From an uncultured Verrucomicrobiales bacterium (lineage in GTDB: Bacteria; Verrucomicrobiota; Verrucomicrobiia; Verrucomicrobiales; DEV007): 64,000 nt of DNA. A program made the translations under genes and the position numbers. The DNA lies in contig CALKOM010000057.1 in the NCBI GenBank assembly GCA_938091905.1, forward strand, positions 1-64,000. The letters are read 5' to 3'. Of the stretch, positions 1 to 10,255 are shown one piece after another; the stretch's first letter is position 1; every line of letters begins with the position of its first letter. Under the pieces are notes generated by a model that searched no databases, was not told the origin of the DNA, and worked only from the letters and a program-made list of their open reading frames with translations.

Positions 1-636
1 TAGCTGGGTAGAGACGTTTCCAGGCGATGATCGTTTTCAGACGCAGCAATTCTCATTCGACAATAACAAGCCGTTCCTGCATTACCGCTGGACGACCATT
101 CTCTTGCAGGAAGACACCCAGAACAGCATGCAGATTGCAGAAGTGGAATTGTTAGGCAAGTCGGCACCCGTGGACGTAACCCAGCCTAGCGATCCGATCA
201 TCGCCAGTTCCGATAACAGCCCCGGATCCGAGGGGGTTGCCAACGCCATTGATAATCAACCGACGAAGTATCTCAATTTCGATACCGCTAACAATTCTAC
301 GCCGTCTGGATTTGTGGTTTCTCCTTCAGTCGGCGCGACGACCCTGGTTGGCCTCAGCATGCAGTCGGCGAATGATGCTGTTGGCCGTGATCCTTTGTCC
401 ATCATCTTGGAAGGCTCCAACGATGCAGCACCTGGATGGGATTCAGGAAATTGGGAAACGATTTACGAGAACGCTGCCGTTCCTAGCTGGGTCGAGACGT
501 TTCCTGGTGACGATCGATTTCAAACGCAGGAATTCTTCTTCGACAACAACGCGGCTTATCTGCACTACCGCTGGACGACGATTCTCTTGCAGGAAGATAC
601 CCAGAATAGCATGCAGATTGCAGAAGTTGAATTGCT
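1..636 (+). repeat. Intragenic tandem domain repeat, period 483 nt (161 aa)
   Basis: 1-150 (tagctgggtagagacgtttcc...gcagaagtggaattg) recurs from 484 (tagctgggtcgagacgtttcc...gcagaagttgaattg), mostly with synonymous changes. Confidence 0.9.
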
Positions 637-3286
637 TGCGTTCCAGAGTTCGGCGGATTGTAGCAAGACCGCTTTTCTGACGCATCCAGTCAATACCCCG
701 ACGATTGAAGGCGTTGGTGCAGAGTTCTTCACTGAGGTGAATGGCCCGTGGCCAGTGCAGTGGCTTAAAAATGGCGAGCCGATCCCTGGGGCCGTACAGA
801 CGGTTTACACCACGGATCCTGTGACGGCAGACAACGCAGGCGATGTCTACTCGGTGGAAATCGTTGGCTGTGATTCGAGTAATGAAGTCCAAGCCACCTT
901 GTTTGATCCGGCAGAGCAGCCTGTCAGCATCGGCATTAACTTTGTAGGTGGAGGTGCGAACGGTGCGCCGACACGCTCAGATGCGACGAATATTGGTGGC
1001 GGGCAGTTGCAAGCTTATTGGAATTCCCTTCCGGGCGAAGGTGACGGCTCTTCTGCAGGCGAAGAATCTGGCCTGCTCAATAGTCGAAACGAAGCGACTG
1101 GCATTTCTGTTGAGTGGTCAGCAGCCAACCGGTGGGGTTCAGGAACAGGCACAGATGACACGAATGCGAAGTTGTTCAACGGTCTAATCGAGGGCGGTGG
1201 TAATGAAGAAGAGGCTGCCTTTGTTACGTTCTCGGATGTCCCGGATGGATCGCATTCGATATTGATTTATTCTATTGCCCGTCCTCTTGAGTTTCCTAAC
1301 ATTGATTTTGAACTCGTGCAGACAGCAGAGCGCATCTTCATGCGCCAGTTGAATGCGGACGAGTACAATGCTGCCCCTGGTCTCCTCCAAGTGACGAGTA
1401 CTGATCCTGGTGCTCGTGGTCGAGGGAACTTCGTTCGATTTGATGGCATCGGCCCTGTGAATGGTGAGATCACCTTGAACTTCTGGGACGGCGGTGGAGG
1501 AAACTCGACCATCAATGCCATGCAGCTGGTGCTCGACTCTGAACCACCACCACCACCACCCTCGATCACGAGTCAGCCAGTGAGCGCCAACGGGGTTGCT
1601 GGTGAAGTCGTTGATCTTAGCGTTCGAGCGGATGGCGCCAGTTCCTATCAGTGGAGTAAAGATGGCGTTGCTCTTACGGATGATGATCGGATCACCGGAG
1701 CCACGTCGCCTGATCTGAGCATTGCCGTGTTTAATGCTGATGATGAAGGCGCCTATACGGTGGCGGTCACCAATGCGGATGGTACGTCCTTTAGCACCCC
1801 AGCCGTGTTGACGGCAGTCACAGGTGACATTGCGGACCGGTTGATCGGCCACTACAAGTTTGATGAGACTTCAGGCGCGAAAGCTGCCAATTCTGGTGGT
1901 ACCGCTGCCGATGTGGACCTCATGGACTTTGCTGGGCCTTCTGAGCAGTGGATCGAAGGGCGCATTGGCGGCTCGTTGAACTTCAACGGAGCCGATAACT
2001 GGGCCATGATTCCGACCTATGAGAAGCCTGGGCAGATGACTGTCAGTCTCTGGGTTTGGACAAACTCAGCGATCGAATTCGACTTTGAGACGCCGCCTGA
2101 GATTATTCGAAACTGGGGCGACACCGAAGGGCAGTTCCGTTTGCGGTTTGACGGCGACGTCGACGCTGAGGAGCCGAACTTTGAGTTGGGCACACAGTTG
2201 ACAGTTGGGCCTAACAACCCTCGCACGGATGAGGTCAATGAAGAAGAGTTTCCGGTCGCACGCTGGGAGCACATTGCCTTCACCGCGAACGGGGCGAGCC
2301 TAACCATGTATCGAAATGGACAAGCTGTGAGTTCCAGCGCTTACTTGGGCGATATCAGCCCGGGCATTATTGAAGGCATTGCTCTTGGAGTCGATGTCGA
2401 TGATGCAGGTCTGCCAGTTGACGGAGAAGCTTACTGGGATGGGCGCATGGATGACCTTGGCATCTGGGGACGTCCCCTCAGTGCGAACGAGATCGCCTCG
2501 ATCTACGTCAATGGTTTGGAAGGTTTGGACCTAACCAACGCGATAGATGAAGCGGTCGTCCTTCCTCGCATTCCAGTGTTTGATGTCGTGCGTGATGCCG
2601 CCACGGGTGACTTCACCTTTAGTTGGGAAGCCGATGAAGGCCTCTACTATGCGGTCGATACCTCAACGGATCTCCTGTCATGGCAAGAATTGCTGACTGG
2701 TTTCCCAGATGGTGGAGCTACGGAAGGCGCGCTGACCTACACGGACACGAACATCCCACAGGACGGTGCTCAGCGCTACTACCGGGCGCGTGAGTCTGAG
2801 GCTCCTCCCTTCTATACAGAGGATTTTGAAGGCGGCGAAGCCGGTTGGACGGCGACGATGGATGCTGGGGACACGCCTTGGGAACTCGGCACGCCAAGTG
2901 TGGACGGGCTCATGGCAGCGAACAGCGGCACCAACGCTTGGGGCACGGATCTCGATGGCCCCTACGGTGCCGGTGCGGTTTCGCGTCTGCGCTCACCGGT
3001 TCTCGATTTGTCGGAGTTGAGTTCACCGAAGCTCGAGTTCAGCTACTACATTGAGTCGACCTTCGAAGAAGAAGGCGGTCAGGTGAACATCCTGGACGAG
3101 AACGGGGAAATTCTCTACTCCGAGCCGGAGATCTTCTGGGGCAAGACGGCCACGTGGACACCGTTTGCCTTGAGGTTACCTCCAGCGGCACGCGGTCAAA
3201 AGGTCATTGTTGAGTTTGTCCTCCTCACTGCTGGTGCCGAGAATGGCTTTGCCGGTTGGTACATCGATGATGTGACGATCGACTAA
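1..3286 (+). CDS. Large extracellular multidomain protein, 5'-truncated by the window: tandem discoidin/F5-8-type-C-like repeats, two Ig-like domains, LamG-like jelly roll, 'S.DL..W...YR' beta domain, C-terminal MAM/cleaved-adhesin-like domain
   Basis: Frame is open from position 2 (SWVETFPGDDRFQ...). Motifs: SANDA..RDP...LEGSND, YQWSKDG...Y.V.V.N (Ig), GHYKFDE...WEHIAFT...G.MDDLGIWGRPLS (LamG), FEGG..GW...LRSP.LDLS...GWYIDDV. Stop TAA at 3284-3286. Confidence 0.85.
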   Translation, partial: SWVETFPGDDRFQTQQFSFDNNKPFLHYRWTTILLQEDTQNSMQIAEVELLGKSAPVDVTQPSDPIIASSDNSPGSEGVANAIDNQPTKYLNFDTANNSTPSGFVVSPSVGATTLVGLSMQSANDAVGRDPLSIILEGSNDAAPGWDSGNWETIYENAAVPSWVETFPGDDRFQTQEFFFDNNAAYLHYRWTTILLQEDTQNSMQIAEVELLAFQSSADCSKTAFLTHPVNTPTIEGVGAEFFTEVNGPWPVQWLKNGEPIPGAVQTVYTTDPVTADNAGDVYSVEIVGCDSSNEVQATLFDPAEQPVSIGINFVGGGANGAPTRSDATNIGGGQLQAYWNSLPGEGDGSSAGEESGLLNSRNEATGISVEWSAANRWGSGTGTDDTNAKLFNGLIEGGGNEEEAAFVTFSDVPDGSHSILIYSIARPLEFPNIDFELVQTAERIFMRQLNADEYNAAPGLLQVTSTDPGARGRGNFVRFDGIGPVNGEITLNFWDGGGGNSTINAMQLVLDSEPPPPPPSITSQPVSANGVAGEVVDLSVRADGASSYQWSKDGVALTDDDRITGATSPDLSIAVFNADDEGAYTVAVTNADGTSFSTPAVLTAVTGDIADRLIGHYKFDETSGAKAANSGGTAADVDLMDFAGPSEQWIEGRIGGSLNFNGADNWAMIPTYEKPGQMTVSLWVWTNSAIEFDFETPPEIIRNWGDTEGQFRLRFDGDVDAEEPNFELGTQLTVGPNNPRTDEVNEEEFPVARWEHIAFTANGASLTMYRNGQAVSSSAYLGDISPGIIEGIALGVDVDDAGLPVDGEAYWDGRMDDLGIWGRPLSANEIASIYVNGLEGLDLTNAIDEAVVLPRIPVFDVVRDAATGDFTFSWEADEGLYYAVDTSTDLLSWQELLTGFPDGGATEGALTYTDTNIPQDGAQRYYRARESEAPPFYTEDFEGGEAGWTATMDAGDTPWELGTPSVDGLMAANSGTNAWGTDLDGPYGAGAVSRLRSPVLDLSELSSPKLEFSYYIESTFEEEGGQVNILDENGEILYSEPEIFWGKTATWTPFALRLPPAARGQKVIVEFVLLTAGAENGFAGWYIDDVTID

Positions 3287-3308
3287 GTCTGTTAGACGAG
3301 ATTGTATC

Positions 3309-3349
3309 AGCGGCCCGCCGAGCATTCGCTCAGCGGGCCGCTTTTGTTT
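3309..3349 (+). terminator. Intrinsic terminator
   Basis: Hairpin agcggcccgc-cgagc-attc-gctc-agcgggccgct followed by tttgttt, just after the stop of the large CDS. Confidence 0.85.
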
Positions 3350-3723
3350 AGCTTAGTTTCGTGAATGAAGATTCTCCACGGTTTCCAGTTTAAACGAAAT
3401 GTAGTGCCGCGATTACTAACAATCGCAGATTTCAAAGAGATAGCCCCCGATCAACCCATGCTTCTTGCGCTCATTGCTAGGGTGCCCCGATGGGCAATCG
3501 TCGTTTGCTTTGTGGGCTGTCATAATCCGCTGCTTGCACACTATCGCCCGAATTTCCGTTGCCGTTTCTAGGGTTATGCTTGGATAACACCGTAGAGAAC
3601 GTTTCTCCAGACTTTCAGAGTGATGAGTTTGGGCACCATCCTCTTTCTGCTGTCTTGCTCGGATCGAGAAGCTGACAGTGTCGCACGATCTAATACTGCG
3701 AGCGGCGAAGGCTTCTTGAAAGG

Positions 3724-4180
3724 GCGGGAAAAGGCGTCATCGTCACTGGTGTCAATTTGTCACCCGAGTCGTTCAGAAAAGCTGATGAACTAAAAGAGAA
3801 AGCCTCCTTTCAATGAGGGTTTGTTTGTGCTGATGTTTATGGTTTCAAATCACTTGCTACCTCTACCTATGACATCGTATTCGTTTCCTACGGCGCCTTG
3901 AATTGGCAGCCTGATTTGGAGCGATGGGCGAGGATTGTCTCGAAGAGCCTAAAAGAGGTAGGCTACTTGCATTTGATAGAGTTCAATCCAGCTCACAATC
4001 TGTCTTGCGGCGATTCCTACTTTAGTCATATGGAGCCAGATATCAATGAAGGGGGTGCCTGCATAGAGAATGGTAATGAGGAAATGGTTAAGATGGCGAC
4101 TTGGTCACATCCATGGATATAAAGTTGTAAACGCGCTGATAGCCAAAGGAATCACAAGCGCTCACTAAAACGCATTTCCT
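3724..4180 (+). pseudogene. Decayed class I SAM-dependent methyltransferase
   Basis: Reads AGKGVIVTGVNLS...Q*GFVCADVY...YDIVFVSYGALNWQPDLERWARIVSKSLK..GYLHLIEFNP...TWSHP. In-frame TGA at 3814, frameshift near 4120, TAA at 4166; N-terminus missing. Confidence 0.7.
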
Positions 4181-4210
4181 TTCGTGTTCTTTAACAACTT
4201 CGAGGATCTC

Positions 4211-4693
4211 ATGAAGCTTCGATACCTAGAGGCGAGTGAAGACGATTTCGACGCTCTTGTGGAGCTGCGTATCGATGCGATACGAGAGAGCCTTGAGAGG
4301 ATCGGAAGGTTCAATCGCGAGCGGAGCATCGAGAGGTTTCGCTCGTCTTTCGTCGCGGCAGACATCATGAAGATATTCTGTGAGGAGGTTCTCGTTGGGT
4401 TCTACTAGGTCACGACAAAGGCGGGCCACTTGCATCTCAGCCACCTGTATGTGAAGCCTGACGAGCAGGACCACAGCATTGGATCTCTAACGATGGCGGA
4501 GATTATCAGGCTATCGGCCAGGGCAGGGCTCCCCATCCGGTTGGGAGCGCTCAAACGGTGTAGATCCAATGACTTCTATCAGAAGCATGGATGCGTGGGA
4601 TACCTACTACGAGAGACCGATCAACAGCAAACAAGGCGCGGAACATCTCGCGAAGTAGGACTGCGATGCTTGGCTTGCTTCGCTTCTTCATGA
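4211..4693 (+). pseudogene. GNAT acetyltransferase interrupted by an in-frame TAG
   Basis: MKLRYLEASEDDFDALVELR...LVGFY*VTTKAGHLHLSHLYVKPDEQDHSIGS...LGALK...SNDFYQKHG in a single frame with TAG at 4406-4408; the acetyl-CoA-binding Q..G.G motif is eroded. Confidence 0.75.
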
Positions 4694-4748
4694 TGGGAGG
4701 CGACAGCAAACGTGGCGGCACCCACACTGGTTAGGAAATGACGGTATC

Positions 4749-5714
4749 TTATTGGGCCTCCGTTTGTGAAAAGAGATCGTAAACCGCTTTCAGCTTATCG
4801 GCGTCGTGACCCCCAGGGTGAAAGAGGAAGCCGTAGCGGAAGGTGACGGATTCCCCTGCCTTGATCGTGAGGGTGCCCTTCTTCCCTTCGCCTTTGAAGA
4901 AGTAGGAATAGCCAAACGGGTTCGCGGCGACGAGGCCGTAATCCCGAGCGTGCCACGTGGTGGGATAGCGTGGGTTCTTGGGATGATCAAAAATGGCCAC
5001 GCCGACTTCTTTCTCGCCGACTTTGCCCCAGTAATCGACCCATTTGGAGGCTTTGCCCCACAGGTCTTTGTCCTTGTCGCCTTCGCTGTTCACGGCTTTG
5101 CCATTCGCCACATCGCCCTTGAGTCGTAGGTTGGCGTGCGAGCGTATGGCCATGGTACCTTCTTTCGTATCACCGAAGACAACGTCACCCTGAGTGGCTT
5201 TGATGGTGATTTGAAAATCCAAATAGCGGTTTCCTTCATACACGCCAAACGCATAAGCGCGTTCGTCCTGACAGATCTCTTTATCACCGACCAAAGAGAG
5301 CCACTTGTTCTTCACTTTTAACGTCGCACGGTCTTCTCCATCGTTCATGCTGACGACTTCGGTATGTACGATCTTGCCCCCTTTCTCGGGGTGAGCCTTG
5401 CCACCGCCATGCCAGAAGTCGAGACCATTCACATCACCGTGTGAGTACCAAAGTGAGGTGTGGTGTGGATGATCTTCAGCTTCACCAGGAACGGTCTTGG
5501 CGACTGGATAGGCGCGGGTCATGGGCACCTCGTCTGGTCCATGAAGAGGATAGAAGCAGGGGACACGGAGATCCTTCACCTTGTAAGCGGTAAAGAGCTT
5601 GTCGTTGATGTGAACTTGATAGTCGCTATCGACTTCTTTGATCGTGACTTCTGCTACAGATTGCGTGACACTACCAAGGAGCGCGACAAGGAAAAAGAGA
5701 TAGGGTTTTTTCAT
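4749..5714 (-). CDS. Secreted DUF6807 ('PmoA family') protein
   Basis: Signal peptide; DHPHHTSLW.SHG.VNG.DFW, FGDTKEG..AIR, W.ARDYGL.AANPFG. Confidence 0.8.
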   Translation of the reverse strand: MKKPYLFFLVALLGSVTQSVAEVTIKEVDSDYQVHINDKLFTAYKVKDLRVPCFYPLHGPDEVPMTRAYPVAKTVPGEAEDHPHHTSLWYSHGDVNGLDFWHGGGKAHPEKGGKIVHTEVVSMNDGEDRATLKVKNKWLSLVGDKEICQDERAYAFGVYEGNRYLDFQITIKATQGDVVFGDTKEGTMAIRSHANLRLKGDVANGKAVNSEGDKDKDLWGKASKWVDYWGKVGEKEVGVAIFDHPKNPRYPTTWHARDYGLVAANPFGYSYFFKGEGKKGTLTIKAGESVTFRYGFLFHPGGHDADKLKAVYDLFSQTEAQ

Positions 5715-5731
5715 AACGAGAGTTTATTGAG

Positions 5732-6556
5732 TTAGGAAGGTTCAAAGATGCTTTTTAAATAGGCGAGGCTCTCGACCGCGATCGTTTCGGGATCAGGTGA
5801 GTAGTCGAAGACCTCGACGGAAAGATAACCTTGGTAGTCAATTGACTGCAAGGCTTCTGCGATGGGTTCGAAGTGGACGTCCCCGAAGCCGGGCCCTCGC
5901 AGGTTGGGGTCGTTCGTGTGGAAGTGGACGACGTGCTCGCGGCTTTCCGAGATGATCTCTGGAATGGACTTCGATTCATCGCTCATCGCCTTCACATCCA
6001 GGTGGAGCTGGCAAGCGGGGTGATCGACCTGCTTGATCAAGCGCACCGTTTCTTCCGCTGTGGTGAGGAAATTGGTCTCCTTCCGGCCGAGGGGCTCCAT
6101 AGCAATGGTGACGCCGAGATCCCCGGCGACTTCGCTGATGGCGCGTAGGGTGCCGGCCGCCCGTTTCGCGGCTTCGTCGTAGTCCCAATCGTCTTGTAGG
6201 TTGCGTTGGTTTGGGCTGCCCCACACCATGATGGTGCCTCCCATCGAAGCGCAGATCCGCGCGAGGTGTTGACCGAACGCGACGGTGTCTTTCCGCAGCA
6301 GATCGTCGGGCGTGGTCAGGTGGAGCCATGCTGGTTTGACTAACAACCAGTGCAACCCGACGACAGCTAGACCTGCTTCGGTAGCTATCTTGGCATGTTC
6401 TTTTGCCTCTGCTTCGGTTAATTCACGAGGATCTTCCTTCAAAGTGAAGGGGGCAATCTCGATGGCGTCATAGCCCGTCTTGGCGATGTGGGCGCAGGTG
6501 TCGGCAAACGACCAGTTCTGGTAGGTCTCGTTGCAAAGGGCATATTTGGGTTTCAT
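5732..6556 (-). CDS. Sugar phosphate isomerase/epimerase (xylose-isomerase-like TIM barrel; ketose 3-epimerase-like)
   Basis: GYDAIEIAP, MEPL...ETNF, LDVKAM, HFH.ND, GPG.G, SVEVF. Confidence 0.85.
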   Translation of the reverse strand: MKPKYALCNETYQNWSFADTCAHIAKTGYDAIEIAPFTLKEDPRELTEAEAKEHAKIATEAGLAVVGLHWLLVKPAWLHLTTPDDLLRKDTVAFGQHLARICASMGGTIMVWGSPNQRNLQDDWDYDEAAKRAAGTLRAISEVAGDLGVTIAMEPLGRKETNFLTTAEETVRLIKQVDHPACQLHLDVKAMSDESKSIPEIISESREHVVHFHTNDPNLRGPGFGDVHFEPIAEALQSIDYQGYLSVEVFDYSPDPETIAVESLAYLKSIFEPS

Positions 6557-6593
6557 CCCGCGAAGCTAAGCAAAGCGCCCGTGATGACAAGCC

Positions 6594-9500
6594 TCAAGGG
6601 AGGAGCTTGTGTCTCGGCACGAAGTGGGAGGCCTCTGCCAGGAGGCTGGCTGGTGGGCGCTCTCCGTTCTCACTCTGCCAGTAGGCGAGCCATTGCTCCC
6701 ACGGCAAATCACCCTCGGAAAAGACGAGCTGCTTGGGGTTGACGGGAGGGAGGTCGAGAGCCCTGGCTAAGCTAGAGGGATGCGGGCGAATGGTGCCCCA
6801 AGTCGAGCGTAAGCCATAGGTGACGGGCGTCGACCGTTCTTCGGCAGCCCACACTTCTAGGTCTGAAGAGGATAAGTGATAGAAGGCGTTTGGCTGGGTG
6901 AGCGCATGGCGGATCTGTTCGTCTACGAGTTCGACACCGGAAAGTTTGTAGATGCCTGCTAGGGATGATGTAAAGATGTCTTGTTGCGCTGGGGTGAGAT
7001 CTGAGACCCAGCCGGGGGCGACAACGCGAGCGACGAGCCAGTCACTCCGCGCTTGAAAGAGCAGTTGCAAGGGGGCCGTATTTGGTGGCGCTTTCGGCCC
7101 CTTGGACTCGATCTGAAGCGCGATCATGTTCGGCAAGAGCTGGATCTTGGTTGCTTCCAAGCCTAGCCCTCTCATCTCGGGATGTTGGCGGAAGGTTGCG
7201 AAGAGTTCGCGCTCGGTAAAGTGACGAATGGCGACTTCGATGTGGCGCAGCCTCTCTTGAAGGTGATCCAACGATTGTCTCCGACGCAGTGAGTCGGATT
7301 GTTGTTCGACACGGCGCATCTTTCCATGCAGCTTTGAAATTGTGCCAGAGTGGAAGCCTGGCTTGAGCAAGCGAGGAACCGTCTCTCCATGGAGGCCGAC
7401 CGCGACAGGTTTGAGCATGGGATCGCGATTGGCTTGGTAGAGCTTCCAGTTAGATTTCAGCTCCCAGACAAGGAAGCCGATGACACCAGGCGTGAGGAAG
7501 ACGATGGCGGCCGCGACCGTGTTCGCCATGGCCGTTCCTAACGCTGGAGCGATCGAGCTGGAGATCGTGAACTGCATCGGGATCAGGAGCTTGTGCGAGA
7601 CGGTGACCACCGGGAAGTGCTTGATCGGGTTGATCTGAGGCTCTACGAGCAAGGTGATACAGAAGCGAATCCCGTAGGCGACGACGGCCCAGATACTTCC
7701 CAAGATGCCTTTCATCCACATGGAAACCTTGTTCTCACCGGTGCGGAACAAGAGCCATTCATCGATGGCGTAAAGGATGCGCTCTGTCACTTCCATAAAC
7801 TGCCGGAAGATGGTCATGATGGCTTCGAACACAGAACGAATAATCTGAACGCGGAACTGGTACCAGGCCCGCGCGATCCACGCGCCAACCCGTTCCTCAA
7901 AGCGTCGTCCAAAGGTGGAATTGAAGAAGAAATCGAGTCCTGTAAAGATAAGTAGAAACGTGGCAATCGCTGTGTAGCGATTGAAGTCTACAAAGACGGT
8001 GGCCAGCAAGTAGACCAAGGCTGTTGGGATCAGCGGGGTGAGCAAGTACCTCCTCAAGGCTTTGGCGATGCGACTGCGTAAGATTACTCGTGCCCATTGC
8101 AAGCTCATGATCCATTTTGGAAAGTCAATCAGCAGATGTTTCAGGGCGCGAAAAACGGTTTGGGTAACGGCCCAAACAAAGCCTCGGAAGCCGTCTGAGT
8201 GGATCAGTCCCAGGAGGAAGATTCCGACGAGGACGACTGCGGGAATGACGTTCGCAAACTGATAGAAGATATCGCCCTCAAACAACGTGCCGCCTCGCCA
8301 CGACTCGGGAACGCGAGCCTTATCAAAGATGGCAACCGGGATATTAAACGTTGTCGACTGATCCAAGGCCGACTCGGTAATGCCACGTACCTTTTTGTAC
8401 ATGATGTTGATGGCCTCCAAGATGACAAAGGCACCGACAAAAGGCACAATGAGGTACTGGAAAAGGAATCGTCCAGGCCGACGACCGAAGCCTAGCGAAC
8501 TGAGGCGTTGCAAGCCGCGGAGATAGAATTCCCCACGCCGATAGACGCCATCTAACAAACGGTCTAATCGCCGATCAGCGCGAAGAATAGCGTCGCCCAC
8601 GGCCAGCTCCCGTCCAGTGAGGTCGGAGAGCTTGAGTTGGCTTCGCGAGATGCCATCCCGCACGTCGCCCATGCTAAGATGTCCCCGCCGCACAATGCAG
8701 TCCAAGAGTTCTTCGATGAGCTTGTCTCTGGCAACGCGTTCTGGAATATTTGCAGGTTTCAGTCCCTTCTCATTGAGCGAACGCGCGATTCGAATACGCA
8801 GTCGGCGGCGCAACTGGACTTCAGCTGAAGCAGTTGCCTTGTGCAAGAGTTCGGTTAGGGAAGCGTGGCGAGCGGAGGTAATGCGCGCCTTAGCGAGCCG
8901 CGACGTAGCATTCCGCAGATGCTTGGACATGAGCACTTCTCGCTGATTCGGCAGAGGTCGCTTGATCGGGCGTTGGCCAAAGGTGCGTAGGAAGCCAAAG
9001 ACATCGATGGTGTAACTGTCTCGTTCATAGTCGATACAGACTTTCTGCAAGTCGTAGAGCAAGCGTTTGTTGGTATTCCAGAAGCCACGTGAGGAATGCT
9101 GAAACAACTCTAGCAGCGATTCCCGCCAGGCTTCTTCCTGAGGTCCATCAAAGTCCAGTGCCTTTTGAAGACGAGAAACCAAACTGTCAATGACCTCTTT
9201 TGCTTGGCTGCTTGCGCGTTCTGCACGGGCCTCATCTGGTGCGAGGCGACTGGCTCCCCGATAGAGTATGGCACTGACGACGGCATTACCTCTTGCCAGG
9301 GCCGCGTTGCCCCAATTCATCAATCCTTCGAAGCGCTTCGAGTTTGGGCGTAGTGGTGGAAGAGGCTGTGATAGGGAAGAGTCTTCCGCTAGACTGACTT
9401 CGTCTTCCGACTTGACCTCTTCAACGGGAAGGGCTGTCTCTGCGGGCTGTGTCAGCGAAAGTATGGTGCTCCAGGCAAGATCCTCGGCGACAAGAGCCGC

Positions 9501-10112
9501 TATCTCATCCTGACGTCCTTGAAGCGAGGGGAAGTAAGTGTCAAGAGAGCGCGGAGAGAAGGTCTGCAGCTCAGCATGGAGGGTAATGAATTCACTGTAG
9601 ATCCTGACCAAGTCATCACCTTCGAAAAGTCGGAGCTCGCGGTGCAGAACGGACTCGATCTCCGCGAATGCCGCGCAGCCTATCTGAAGGATGCGGTCGT
9701 GGACCAGAGCTATGCTGAGGGCACCTTGAGCTTGAGCCTCGGCTAGACGGCGAACGGCCAGGGCTGAGGCTGCCAGCCGCCAGGTTCGAAGCTCCGGAGC
9801 CAGGCCGCGTGGACCAACGAGACGGCGTTGCCGTGGCTGGGCGATAAGCACGATTTCTGGAGGGAGGCGCACATGCTCATCAAGACCGAGTTCATCCAGA
9901 TCTAATATCTGCATAAGTCGTTCTCTGCGAAGAGTATAACTCGCCCGGCGCTGGGTTAAAAAGGCTGGTGCGAGGGAGCGATCTTGCTGGATGGCGAGGT
10001 CGACGAGGCGCGGCAGCACCACGAGGACGAGTGGGCGTTCGTCGGATCCCGAGATGGTGGCCGCTGGCTGGGGCGTCGGCGCGGGTTCACTCACGATAGT
10101 CGACTGAGCCAT
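6594..10112 (-). CDS. Large uncharacterised integral membrane protein (1172 aa)
   Basis: Long ORF with a basic helical N-terminal half and several hydrophobic segments; motif LLVEPQINPIKHFPVVTVSHK. Confidence 0.75.
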   Translation of the reverse strand: MAQSTIVSEPAPTPQPAATISGSDERPLVLVVLPRLVDLAIQQDRSLAPAFLTQRRASYTLRRERLMQILDLDELGLDEHVRLPPEIVLIAQPRQRRLVGPRGLAPELRTWRLAASALAVRRLAEAQAQGALSIALVHDRILQIGCAAFAEIESVLHRELRLFEGDDLVRIYSEFITLHAELQTFSPRSLDTYFPSLQGRQDEIAALVAEDLAWSTILSLTQPAETALPVEEVKSEDEVSLAEDSSLSQPLPPLRPNSKRFEGLMNWGNAALARGNAVVSAILYRGASRLAPDEARAERASSQAKEVIDSLVSRLQKALDFDGPQEEAWRESLLELFQHSSRGFWNTNKRLLYDLQKVCIDYERDSYTIDVFGFLRTFGQRPIKRPLPNQREVLMSKHLRNATSRLAKARITSARHASLTELLHKATASAEVQLRRRLRIRIARSLNEKGLKPANIPERVARDKLIEELLDCIVRRGHLSMGDVRDGISRSQLKLSDLTGRELAVGDAILRADRRLDRLLDGVYRRGEFYLRGLQRLSSLGFGRRPGRFLFQYLIVPFVGAFVILEAINIMYKKVRGITESALDQSTTFNIPVAIFDKARVPESWRGGTLFEGDIFYQFANVIPAVVLVGIFLLGLIHSDGFRGFVWAVTQTVFRALKHLLIDFPKWIMSLQWARVILRSRIAKALRRYLLTPLIPTALVYLLATVFVDFNRYTAIATFLLIFTGLDFFFNSTFGRRFEERVGAWIARAWYQFRVQIIRSVFEAIMTIFRQFMEVTERILYAIDEWLLFRTGENKVSMWMKGILGSIWAVVAYGIRFCITLLVEPQINPIKHFPVVTVSHKLLIPMQFTISSSIAPALGTAMANTVAAAIVFLTPGVIGFLVWELKSNWKLYQANRDPMLKPVAVGLHGETVPRLLKPGFHSGTISKLHGKMRRVEQQSDSLRRRQSLDHLQERLRHIEVAIRHFTERELFATFRQHPEMRGLGLEATKIQLLPNMIALQIESKGPKAPPNTAPLQLLFQARSDWLVARVVAPGWVSDLTPAQQDIFTSSLAGIYKLSGVELVDEQIRHALTQPNAFYHLSSSDLEVWAAEERSTPVTYGLRSTWGTIRPHPSSLARALDLPPVNPKQLVFSEGDLPWEQWLAYWQSENGERPPASLLAEASHFVPRHKLLP

Positions 10113-10209
10113 GGTAGCGTAGTCGAGTCAACCATAGCTGCGAGTGCACTGAAGAAACTAGAGCGGCCCAAGGCCTTGAGAAGGAGGGAGACGCGTTCCG
10201 GTGAGCCGT

Positions 10210-10238
10210 TTGACTTCATCTCCCAGGACTTCTAAACT
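10210..10238 (+). promoter_or_regulatory. Sigma70-type promoter
   Basis: TTGACT (10210-10215), 17-nt spacer, TAAACT (10233-10238), upstream of the CotH/LTD gene. Confidence 0.55.
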
Positions 10239-10255
10239 TTTAGCTGAGTCACCAT

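Noticed and set aside
3350..3720. Short ORFs after the terminator (3365-3571; an LLSC lipobox-like fragment)
   Set aside because: No recognisable family and poor start context; likely decayed DNA.
4749..5714. Methane monooxygenase PmoA
   Set aside because: The family name is misleading: this is a soluble secreted protein with no pmoB or pmoC nearby.
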